DNA from: a virus
Taxonomy: Duplodnaviria; Heunggongvirae; Uroviricota; Caudoviricetes
Strand: one strand, 5' to 3'
Virus record (IMG/VR): IMGVR_UViG_3300037467_003075
Location: 64,001 to 128,000 of that record
Length of the DNA: 64,000 nt
The position numbers and the translations under genes are program-made. Shown here piece after piece: positions 56,740-64,000 of this stretch. The number at the start of each line of letters is the position of its first letter. Position 1 is the stretch's first letter. The notes below the pieces were generated by a model, which was given only the letters and a program-made list of their open reading frames with translations, did not search any database and had not been told where the DNA came from.

Positions 56740-57105
56740 ATGCAGGAATATTCAATCTGCGGAAAGACTGTCGCCGCAGATTTATATGGGGTTGATTTTA
56801 ATTTAATCAACGACAAAGATTTTCTAGTCAAATTATTGACTGATGCAGCAGTGCTTTGTGGGGCAAATGTTTTAGACAGTATTTCATGGCAGTTCTTTCC
56901 GAACGGCGTAACGGTAGCGAATATCCTTTCGGAAAGCCACATTACATGCCACAGCTACCCTGAAAGCGGCTTCATAGCCTTAGACTGCTATACTTGTGGG
57001 ACAAGCTGTGACCCAGAAATTGCAATACAATATTGTATTGATAAGCTCAATCCAACAGATGGATATGACAAGGAAGTTATTGCAAGGGGAAAAAGGAGCC
57101 TATAA
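56740..57105 (+). CDS. speD: S-adenosylmethionine decarboxylase proenzyme (pyruvoyl-dependent, SpeD/SpeH family)
   Basis: F.PNGVT..ILSESHITCHSYPE.GFIALDCYTCG with the ES self-cleavage site. Confidence 0.88.
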   Translation: MQEYSICGKTVAADLYGVDFNLINDKDFLVKLLTDAAVLCGANVLDSISWQFFPNGVTVANILSESHITCHSYPESGFIALDCYTCGTSCDPEIAIQYCIDKLNPTDGYDKEVIARGKRSL

Positions 57106-57118
57106 AACTCCTTTTTCC

Positions 57119-57147
57119 TTGACAATAGAATAGTATGGTGATATAAT
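57119..57147 (+). promoter_or_regulatory. Sigma-A promoter (extended -10), overlapped by a hairpin
   Basis: TTGACA (57119-57124), 17 bp, TG-A-TATAAT (57142-57147); hairpin GGAAAAAGGAG/CTCCTTTTTCC ends at the -35. Confidence 0.85.
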
Positions 57148-57184
57148 TCACTTATATTATCTCAACATATCGGAGAGTGATGTA

Positions 57185-57781
57185 ATGAAAAAGGGTTTTC
57201 TACTATCCCTATCCCTTATGCTAATACTAATGCCATTTGGAGCAACCATGGCAGCGGTAAAACCGAAAGAGAGCAAGACTGTAGAGCCGAACAGATTTTA
57301 CGCATCGTTTGCTAAAGCAAAGTTACAACAACCGTTGTTAAAATTATCTTACCAAGAAACAAAAAAAGAAGTACCAACGGCAAACGAAACAGTTCAACCA
57401 ATATCGGAAGAACCAGTAATAGTACCTTTGGTAAAAACAGAGGAAATTAAGCAAAAACCAAAAATGCAAGAAAAGACATTTGAAGTGACCGCATATACGG
57501 CTAATGTGGAATCAACTGGAAAGCGCAAGGGAAATCCAGAATATGGCAAAACAGCAAGCGGGAAGATGATTGAAGAAAACCATACAGTCTCATGCCCGAA
57601 ATCAATGCCTTTTGGAACCAAGCTCTACATTCCTTCGTTAAATAACACATATACGTGTGAAGACAGGGGAAGTGCAATCACTGATGGACATTTGGATATT
57701 TACATGAAAGAACTCGGTGACGCGCTAGATTTTGGTAGGCAAAAACTACAGGTGTTTATTGTAACACAAAGTGAAATGTAA
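57185..57781 (+). CDS. Exported 3D-domain protein (YocH-like cell-wall enzyme)
   Basis: Signal peptide; FEVTAYT..TASG..PFGTKLYIP..EDRGSAI..HLDIYM. Confidence 0.88.
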   Translation: MKKGFLLSLSLMLILMPFGATMAAVKPKESKTVEPNRFYASFAKAKLQQPLLKLSYQETKKEVPTANETVQPISEEPVIVPLVKTEEIKQKPKMQEKTFEVTAYTANVESTGKRKGNPEYGKTASGKMIEENHTVSCPKSMPFGTKLYIPSLNNTYTCEDRGSAITDGHLDIYMKELGDALDFGRQKLQVFIVTQSEM

Positions 57782-57797
57782 ATTGGAGGTAATTTAG

Positions 57798-58796
57798 ATG
57801 GATAGCATACCTACTAAATACCTTAACCAACTAAAGACGATTAGTGCCTTAAAGGTACTGGTCGCTTTTTTGGCTATGAGTAGCAAGGTCGGGAACAATG
57901 AGTTTGAATATTCACTCACAGAGCTAGAAAAGGATACTGGTCTTTCCATTAATGCTATAAAAAAAGGCATTAACGAATTGGTCGAATTGGAGTTTGCTTC
58001 TAGGGAGAACAGGAGGGGAACCCAGAAGACAAAATATAAAATTACTACTGTATCACAAGTTAATATAGTAGAAGCTAATATAGTACAAAGTAATATAGCA
58101 GAAAGTGACACACAAGAGTACCTAAAGGCAACAGGAGCAAGGAAAAAGAAGGAGCAGCAAGAGAGTGATATTATTAATAATATAAATAATATTGATTTTA
58201 ATAATATTAATTTTTATACAGAAGATATAAATAATATAAATTCAGTAATTAATACAAATTTATTAATGACCAGTACTGAACTCGGAAAATTAGCAAGAAG
58301 AGTATTGCTTGAGGTATACGAACCCAGGGTAAATCGCGTAATCAACGACAAGCAAAAGTGGTACGGCATGCAGATGAAATTTATGAAAACTATGCTGACT
58401 GAGTACAGGACTGAACAGGTTGTTGCTGCAATCAAATATTGGACGGAAATTGAAGAGGCACCAAATGGATTAATGAATATCTTGTTCCTGAAAGCCCGCA
58501 ACGGTAGAAAGAAACAGCCTAATATTATGATTGCCCTCGACTATTACAAGGCTAAGTACATAAAGCACTATGCCCACGAAAAGGCAGCGGCAGAAGCAGA
58601 GACAAAGCGACTAGAGCAACTACGCAAAGAGCAAGAAGAAAAACAACAACAAGAAGAAGAGCGTAAGCGTGTAGAAAATATGACAAGCCAAGAGTTTGTT
58701 GACGGATACATGAACAGGTTTAGTCATATTACTAGCAAGCTCAAAAAGGAGGGCGCAAACAATGCTATCAAAGAACAAGGAGAGAAAACTAATTGA
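57798..58796 (+). CDS. Replication initiator (N-terminal winged HTH, internal iterons)
   Basis: YSLTELEKDTGLSINAIKKGINELVELEF wHTH; internal 15-bp repeats and N/I-rich linker; upstream of recA/dnaB. Confidence 0.75.
   Translation: MDSIPTKYLNQLKTISALKVLVAFLAMSSKVGNNEFEYSLTELEKDTGLSINAIKKGINELVELEFASRENRRGTQKTKYKITTVSQVNIVEANIVQSNIAESDTQEYLKATGARKKKEQQESDIINNINNIDFNNINFYTEDINNINSVINTNLLMTSTELGKLARRVLLEVYEPRVNRVINDKQKWYGMQMKFMKTMLTEYRTEQVVAAIKYWTEIEEAPNGLMNILFLKARNGRKKQPNIMIALDYYKAKYIKHYAHEKAAAEAETKRLEQLRKEQEEKQQQEEERKRVENMTSQEFVDGYMNRFSHITSKLKKEGANNAIKEQGEKTN
58047..58270. other. Probable replication origin inside the initiator gene
   Basis: 15-bp repeats ACTGTATCACAAGTT, AATATAGTAGAAGCT, AATATAGTACAAAGT, AATATAGCAGAAAGT (58047-58106) followed by an AT-rich tract (~58165-58270), a lambda O-like layout. 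Confidence 0.65.
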
Positions 58797-59454
58797 GTTA
58801 TATGGACATACTGATGATGCGACTATTGCTAAAATACTTGGTGTGCCGCTTTATGTTGTTCGTAAGAAAGCTTACGACTTAGGTCTTGAGAAAGAAAAAG
58901 ATAGTAATTGGACAAAAGATCAAATCGATACCCTTGTGAAATGGTATCCAGAACACAGCAATGACTACATTGCCTACGGACTTATGAAAACGAAATTTGA
59001 AATTGAACACTTTGCCTTTCGATTGGGACTGTCGAAAAGTCCCAACTACTTCTCAAATATAATTATTACCAGTAAAGAAAGAGAACTTGTCAAGCAGTGG
59101 AACGATGAATACACGAGTGCCGATAACGGATATTCAAGAGGAAACTATGTACTCGGCAAGATACTTGCACACGAATTTCCTCGAACGCAAATTACCTCAG
59201 AATACCCAATCGGTGATCTAAGATTAGATTTTTGTATTCCTCGCTTGTTCCTTGGTTTTGAATTTGATGGAGTGCAGCACTACGAATACAATTCATTTTT
59301 TTACAAAACAAAGGCAGACTTCTTAAGGGCCAAGAGTCGTGACTACGCAAAGTCAGAAATGTGCGAAAACCTTGGAATCGCAATTGTTAGATTTACCCAT
59401 AAAGAAGATTTGAGCATTTCCTTATTAAAAGCGAAGCTGCAAGAGGTAAGATGA
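58762..59454 (+). CDS. HTH-repeat protein with C-terminal DUF559/Vsr-like PD-(D/E)XK nuclease domain
   Basis: Two WT..Q...L...Y..A..LG repeats; RLDF..EFDGVQHY..RD..K..C..LGI.IVRF. Confidence 0.65.
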   Translation: MLSKNKERKLIELYGHTDDATIAKILGVPLYVVRKKAYDLGLEKEKDSNWTKDQIDTLVKWYPEHSNDYIAYGLMKTKFEIEHFAFRLGLSKSPNYFSNIIITSKERELVKQWNDEYTSADNGYSRGNYVLGKILAHEFPRTQITSEYPIGDLRLDFCIPRLFLGFEFDGVQHYEYNSFFYKTKADFLRAKSRDYAKSEMCENLGIAIVRFTHKEDLSISLLKAKLQEVR

Positions 59455-59461
59455 GTTATCC

Positions 59462-59490
59462 TTGACAAGTTGATATAATTCACTTATAAT
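59462..59490 (+). promoter_or_regulatory. Sigma-A promoter of recA
   Basis: TTGACA (59462-59467), 17 bp, TATAAT (59485-59490). Confidence 0.88.
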
Positions 59491-59511
59491 ATAGTAACAA
59501 GGGAGTGATTC

Positions 59512-60603
59512 ATGTTGGCAAAAGGAGTTAAGAAGGAGCCAATTAATTCTAGTGGCGATATTCAAGCTAGAATTAGGTTAGCGATGGCTCAAACAGAAAA
59601 GCAGTTCGGCGTAGGCACAGTTTCGATTTTAGGCGTAGGTGCAAAGCCAGTTCCGCTTTCTCGTAAGGACTCAGGTTCACATTATCTAAATGATATTTTA
59701 GGCGGAGGATATCCAGAAGGTAGGATTGTCGAAGTTTATGGGCCAGAATCATCTGGAAAAACGACAGTTGCATTACATGCGGTAGCAGAAGCGTTAAAAG
59801 CGGATACAGAAAAGTTTGCACTGTATGTTGATGCAGAGCATGCGCTTGATACGGTATATGCGGAGAAGCTTGGTGTGCCTTTAGATAGGTTAATCCTGGT
59901 TCAGCCAGATACGGCGGAACAAGCACTTCAATTAATTGAGCTATGGATGGAGTATGATTGTATTAGTATATATGTACTGGATTCTGTAGCGGCGCTAGTC
60001 ACAAAACGAGAAATAGAAGGTGAGATTGGTGACAGCTATGTTGGCGTACTCGCTCTATTAATGTCAACAACATTAAAGAAGATCGCTGCATTAACCAATC
60101 GAACGAAAACAATTGGTATCTTCATTAACCAACTAAGGGAAAAGGTTGGAATTTTATTTGGAAATCCCGAGACAACACCCGGAGGTCGCGCACTCAAGTT
60201 CTACGCTTCGGTAAGACTCGATATTCGTCCAGCTGGTGTGGAGAAAAGGGATGACAATCCTTATATTCGCAAAACAAAGATTAAGATCGTAAAAAGTAAA
60301 GTATCAACTCCACACAGGGAGGTAGAAGTTGATATTGAATTTGGAAAAGGCATTTCTCGAAGCGGAGAAATTGTAGATATTGGTGTCGATCTTGGATTAA
60401 TTGCTAAGAGTGGTTCCTGGTTCTCGTATAAAGAAGACAGGGTTCAAGGTAGAGATGCAATGAAAGATTACCTTGAAAACAATCGAGAAGTCATGAAAGA
60501 GCTTGACGATCTAATTAAGATCATGAACTCGCCAAGCGAAAATGAATTGGTGGAGGAGCCAGAACTAGGAGATGTGCCACCAGAGGATGTTGATATCGAA
60601 TGA
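59512..60603 (+). CDS. recA: RecA recombinase
   Basis: GRIVEVYGPESSGKTT, VDAEHALD, DSVAAL, FINQLREKVG..GNPETTPGGRALKFYASVRL. Confidence 0.97.
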   Translation: MLAKGVKKEPINSSGDIQARIRLAMAQTEKQFGVGTVSILGVGAKPVPLSRKDSGSHYLNDILGGGYPEGRIVEVYGPESSGKTTVALHAVAEALKADTEKFALYVDAEHALDTVYAEKLGVPLDRLILVQPDTAEQALQLIELWMEYDCISIYVLDSVAALVTKREIEGEIGDSYVGVLALLMSTTLKKIAALTNRTKTIGIFINQLREKVGILFGNPETTPGGRALKFYASVRLDIRPAGVEKRDDNPYIRKTKIKIVKSKVSTPHREVEVDIEFGKGISRSGEIVDIGVDLGLIAKSGSWFSYKEDRVQGRDAMKDYLENNREVMKELDDLIKIMNSPSENELVEEPELGDVPPEDVDIE

Positions 60604-61091
60604 GTCATGTTCAAAAACAGGTCGATAGGCTCAGAGAGCAAGGAATCTATACAGCGCAACAAGTAGACCCAAGTGTAATCAATAGAATTATTAATATGGA
60701 AGAATGGGAATACTATGCTCTCGAAATTCAAGAGCTAGAGTCATATCTTGGATTGCTAGCGCAACAGGTCTACTACATACAACAGGAATGCAATATTGCA
60801 GAAGCAAGGGAAATCGAGTCTAGTAATAGTTTTAAAATCGAAGCACTTCCATATGTTGTAAAGGAAAAAATTCGTTCAGTTGAAGAACGATGGATATTTG
60901 CTTCCTCTATAAACGATGATCTTAAGAAGAAGTTTGAACAATGGCAGGATTCGATTATCGACTCAACTCTAAAGAAAGACCTAGCGGAGCCTGTAATTGA
61001 GAAGCTTAATGTCCTCAAAAAAATCTATGATGACAGACGAATTGAGGGCAAAAACAGAAATCTACATAAATACACAGATGGGGGAACTTAA
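60600..61091 (+). CDS. Helical hypothetical protein (possible UvsY-like mediator by position)
   Basis: Coupled to recA; coiled-coil character. Function inferred from synteny only. Confidence 0.45.
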   Translation: MSHVQKQVDRLREQGIYTAQQVDPSVINRIINMEEWEYYALEIQELESYLGLLAQQVYYIQQECNIAEAREIESSNSFKIEALPYVVKEKIRSVEERWIFASSINDDLKKKFEQWQDSIIDSTLKKDLAEPVIEKLNVLKKIYDDRRIEGKNRNLHKYTDGGT

Positions 61092-61103
61092 TTGTTCCCT
61101 TTT
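61082..61103 (+). terminator. Possible intrinsic terminator
   Basis: GGGAAC-TTAATT-GTTCCC-TTTT. Confidence 0.5.
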
Positions 61104-61129
61104 CTGCCCGCAGGGAGTGAAGTAACAGC

Positions 61130-62560
61130 ATGACCTTCTTGACAGAAGAAATGCAAAGACATTATGACAGCATCGCGCATGTCGGGGCGGAAAGAGCAGT
61201 CATAAGCATTGCTATGAGAAATCCAGATGCACTTTTTGATATATGTACGGAAATAGAACCAGAAGACTTTACAAACTTCTCCAATAGATGCATATACGAG
61301 ATCATGACAAACATTCTTGATAATAAGCACTCCAATATCAGCCAAGTCAATCCAACGGTTATCGCAAGCATCGCTCAAAGCTCAGGATTGTTTGATGATA
61401 TCGGGGGAGTTCATTATCTTGAAACATTACATAGGACGGATGCTGGCGAGGATAATCTAAAGTTTTTCGTTAGCAAAGTAAAACAGGCAAGCGTAAGACG
61501 CGAATCATTTTTGAAAGCTGTGTCTGTAATGCGTGAAGCCGTTGAGTGCGAGGAAGACGATGCCAACGATTTCGTGGCAAGACAAGAAGAGAAGTTCCTT
61601 GACATCGTGCTTCGCAATAATGGTACGGAAGATATCGTACACATCGGCAGTATGATTGATGTCGTAATTGAAAAAAGGGCCAATAATGTACGCGAAGTAT
61701 TAGGCATGCCTACGGGATTTGACGAGTATGACAGGCAGACAGGGGCTTTAGTACCTGGAAGACTTAAGGTAGTAGCAGCTACAGCAAAAACAGGTAAGTC
61801 TGCACATGCTCTTAATGTTGCAAAACATGTTGCAATCAATCAGCAAATTCCTGTATTATACATTGACACAGAAATGCCTACAGAAGAACAGATTGACCGC
61901 CTAGTATCGATTGTAGCAACTGAGCTAACAGGAACGATTGTTCCAGAGTCAGCAGTAACAAAGGGACTGTTCAATCGAAATCCTGAAATGAAGGAAGCAG
62001 TTGAATTGGCAAAAGAGCTAATTAAAAATTCGCCATTCTATCATGTCTACTTGCCAAACTTTACACCTGAGAAAGTTCATAATTTGGCAAGGCAATTTCA
62101 GCGTCAACACGGAATTGAATGGAACGGATACGAAAAGCAGTGTCTTATTATTTTCGATTATATAAAACTTCCAGAGGAAGCAAGTAAGAATCCAAACATG
62201 AAGGAATATCAAGTTCTGGGCGATATTGCTAATATGCTTAAAAACAAAACAGCAGGACTACTTGGTATTCCCGTATTGGCATACGCACAACTTAATCCAA
62301 GAACTGCCAATGGTGTAGATGATGTTGATAGCTCATATATGTCTGGCTCTAACAGGATAGTAATGTTTTGTAATGAACTATCGTTTCTTTATAAAAAATC
62401 AGATGATGCAATAGCTAATGATGGTCGTGATAATGGAAATCTTATCTGGAAACTTGGCGAAACCAGAAATGGTGGGACTTACAAGGGCTGGATTAATTAT
62501 ACTATATCACAGGGTGTTACTAGGATGATTGAAGTTAGAAATGTTAGCTTGAGTGGGTGA
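61130..62560 (+). CDS. dnaB: DnaB-like replicative helicase
   Basis: AERAVISI N-terminal domain, GMPTGF..YD, AATAKTGKS, DTEM, IIFDYIKL, YAQLN. Confidence 0.9.
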   Translation: MTFLTEEMQRHYDSIAHVGAERAVISIAMRNPDALFDICTEIEPEDFTNFSNRCIYEIMTNILDNKHSNISQVNPTVIASIAQSSGLFDDIGGVHYLETLHRTDAGEDNLKFFVSKVKQASVRRESFLKAVSVMREAVECEEDDANDFVARQEEKFLDIVLRNNGTEDIVHIGSMIDVVIEKRANNVREVLGMPTGFDEYDRQTGALVPGRLKVVAATAKTGKSAHALNVAKHVAINQQIPVLYIDTEMPTEEQIDRLVSIVATELTGTIVPESAVTKGLFNRNPEMKEAVELAKELIKNSPFYHVYLPNFTPEKVHNLARQFQRQHGIEWNGYEKQCLIIFDYIKLPEEASKNPNMKEYQVLGDIANMLKNKTAGLLGIPVLAYAQLNPRTANGVDDVDSSYMSGSNRIVMFCNELSFLYKKSDDAIANDGRDNGNLIWKLGETRNGGTYKGWINYTISQGVTRMIEVRNVSLSG

Positions 62561-62563
62561 CAA

Positions 62564-63097
62564 ATGAAAAACGACTATGAAATAAGAGGAGATATTGCTG
62601 CTGTCTTTGTCAATAAGAGAGATGGCAGTAAAGTTGAATTTTATATTAGCACTGATAAGTTGGATTTGGTAAAAATGTTTCCTAATACTTGGTGCGAGAA
62701 TGGCAATGGATACATAAGCGGTTTTTATCCGAATAATCGCACAGAAGGTAGAAAGGAATGGATTCTTCACATATATATTGTCAATGCTCCTGATGGTAAG
62801 TTGGTTGACCATAAAGATGGCAACAGAAAAAATAATACAGATAATAATCTAAGGGTAACTGATAAATCAGGAAATGCTCAAAATGTTAACGCTAGGGCAA
62901 CTAATAAAAGTGGCATACTCGGCGTTAGCTATTATAAGAACAACGAAAAATGGGGCGCGCATCTACAGGTCAACGGAACTAAGCATTATTTAGGTTTATA
63001 TGAAACACCAGAATTAGCTGGAGAAGCAGTTAGGGAAGCAAGAGCTAAGTTGATGCCGTATTCCAAAGAGGCTTTAGAGGGGGTGGTCGGTGTATGA
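62564..63097 (+). CDS. HNH endonuclease with AP2 domain
   Basis: VDHKDGNRKNNTDNNLR..SGNAQN; SGILGVSY..WGAHLQVNG..YLGLYETPELA. Confidence 0.88.
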   Translation: MKNDYEIRGDIAAVFVNKRDGSKVEFYISTDKLDLVKMFPNTWCENGNGYISGFYPNNRTEGRKEWILHIYIVNAPDGKLVDHKDGNRKNNTDNNLRVTDKSGNAQNVNARATNKSGILGVSYYKNNEKWGAHLQVNGTKHYLGLYETPELAGEAVREARAKLMPYSKEALEGVVGV

Positions 63098-63333
63098 CAA
63101 GTGAACAAAAGGAACAAATCGCTAAACTGAGACTGAGACAGAAAGATTTCGAAAGTGGATACTACGCCTACAAAGAAATCGAAAGAGAAATCGAAAATGT
63201 GTTTGCGTTATGTAGACATGAAGATTTTAGAAAAGCAAGAGATGATGATGAATACGAAGGGCGCAGCTATTGGCGTTGCATTTGTAATGACTGTGGGCAT
63301 GATTGGTATGAAAGGGTCATAGTGGGGAGGTAG
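63094..63333 (+). CDS. Small hypothetical zinc-finger protein
   Basis: CRH..CICNDCG. Confidence 0.6.
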   Translation: MTSEQKEQIAKLRLRQKDFESGYYAYKEIEREIENVFALCRHEDFRKARDDDEYEGRSYWRCICNDCGHDWYERVIVGR

Positions 63334-63339
63334 TTTTTA

Positions 63340-63882
63340 TTGAAGACTGTCTGCTTTACAGGCCACCGTCCGCCAAAATTGGGCGGGTACGATGAAAACA
63401 ATCCAATTTCCAAGTATGTGAAAGAAGAGATTCGAAATGAAATATTTAATGCCATACATAATGGCTATAGTAGGTTTATATTTGGTGGTGCATTAGGAGT
63501 AGATACTTGGGCAGGGGAAATTGTTGCTGAACTAAGGGGCATATATCTAAGAGAGTATAATATAAGATTATACCTTGAGTTATACTCTCCGTTCGAAGGA
63601 CAAGAAGGAAATTGGCCCGACGAATCTAAAATTAGATACTACGACCTAATGGCTCGATGCGATAAAGTTGTCGAAGTGTGCGAACCTGGATATGCACCAT
63701 GGAAGATGATCGTTCGTGACAAAGCGATGGTTGATGCTTCCGATCTTGTCATAGCGGTATTTAACGGAACTAGTGGCGGGACTAAACATACCGTAGACTA
63801 TGCCATGGGCAAGAAGAAAGATATGATTATTATAGACCCACTAGATTACAATGTAAAAGCAGTATTACAAGGGAGGCAGTAA
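63340..63882 (+). CDS. SLOG-superfamily protein (YspA/DUF1273-like)
   Basis: VCFTGHRP, GGALGVDTWA, RDKAMVD.SD..IAVFNG..GGT..TV.YA. Confidence 0.85.
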   Translation: MKTVCFTGHRPPKLGGYDENNPISKYVKEEIRNEIFNAIHNGYSRFIFGGALGVDTWAGEIVAELRGIYLREYNIRLYLELYSPFEGQEGNWPDESKIRYYDLMARCDKVVEVCEPGYAPWKMIVRDKAMVDASDLVIAVFNGTSGGTKHTVDYAMGKKKDMIIIDPLDYNVKAVLQGRQ

Positions 63883-63883
63883 G

Positions 63884-64000
63884 ATGATACTGGAAAGATA
63901 TCGGTGGAATAATGGCTATGGATGTAGTTGTTGTCAAAATGATTACAGTGAGTACAACTGGATTGACAACAGCAAGATAATGTCATTTGAAACAATTTGT
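63884..64000 (+). CDS. Hypothetical protein, N-terminal part (runs off window)
   Basis: ATG 63884 behind GGGAGG; open to the window end (MILERYRWNNGYGCSCCQ...). Confidence 0.5.
   Translation, partial: MILERYRWNNGYGCSCCQNDYSEYNWIDNSKIMSFETIC

Noticed and set aside
15589-62560. Inteins or group I introns in terL, recA, dnaB
   Set aside because: Lengths are typical and motifs are contiguous; no C/S...HN splice signatures or interruptions seen.
83-63455. Numerous 60-200 aa ORFs antisense to or overlapping called genes (e.g. 3383-3859, 7613-8155, 14080-14523, 35220-35807, 56140-56583)
   Set aside because: No RBS, promoter or recognisable motifs; they are opposite-strand shadows of well-supported genes.
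1-64000. Alternative genetic code or stop-codon reassignment
   Set aside because: Long genes (TMP, TerL, RecA, DnaB) are intact in the standard code, no suppressor anticodon was found, and catalytic His residues use CAT/CAC normally.

Overview
A 64-kb segment of a large tailed dsDNA phage of a Bacillota host. Perfect sigma-A promoters and Gram-positive RBSs support this host call; Paenibacillaceae is a tentative guess from the endolysin C-terminal domain. It is probably a siphovirus (2561-aa tape measure protein, no sheath gene recognised). 1-13.0 kb, transcribed leftward, is an accessory arm. It carries a DNA cytosine methyltransferase, a cluster of partly aberrant tRNAs and a DUF2828 TROVE-like/vWA gene led by four structured ACAGCA repeats. 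It also carries an operon pairing a radical SAM/SPASM enzyme with a 194-aa protein bearing 22 aromatic-x-Asp motifs, plus a DUF483-like protein and a putative 2OG-Fe(II) oxygenase. An FkbM methyltransferase, an Apyc1-like anti-Pycsar nuclease, a degenerate metallophosphoesterase and a guanylate kinase complete the arm. 13-14.9 kb holds a 96% AT tract, iteron-like repeats, a phage sigma factor and an Xer-like recombinase. 14.9-55.2 kb is the packaging, head, tail, adsorption and lysis module. 55.2-64 kb holds PIN-PhoH, AdoMetDC, a 3D protein, a replication initiator with an internal iteron origin, RecA, DnaB, HNH-AP2 and a SLOG protein. The strongest candidates for undescribed systems are the radical SAM / (H,Y)-x-D repeat operon and the ACAGCA structured-RNA array with its TROVE-like protein. 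All family calls come from motif recognition by eye; no searches were run.
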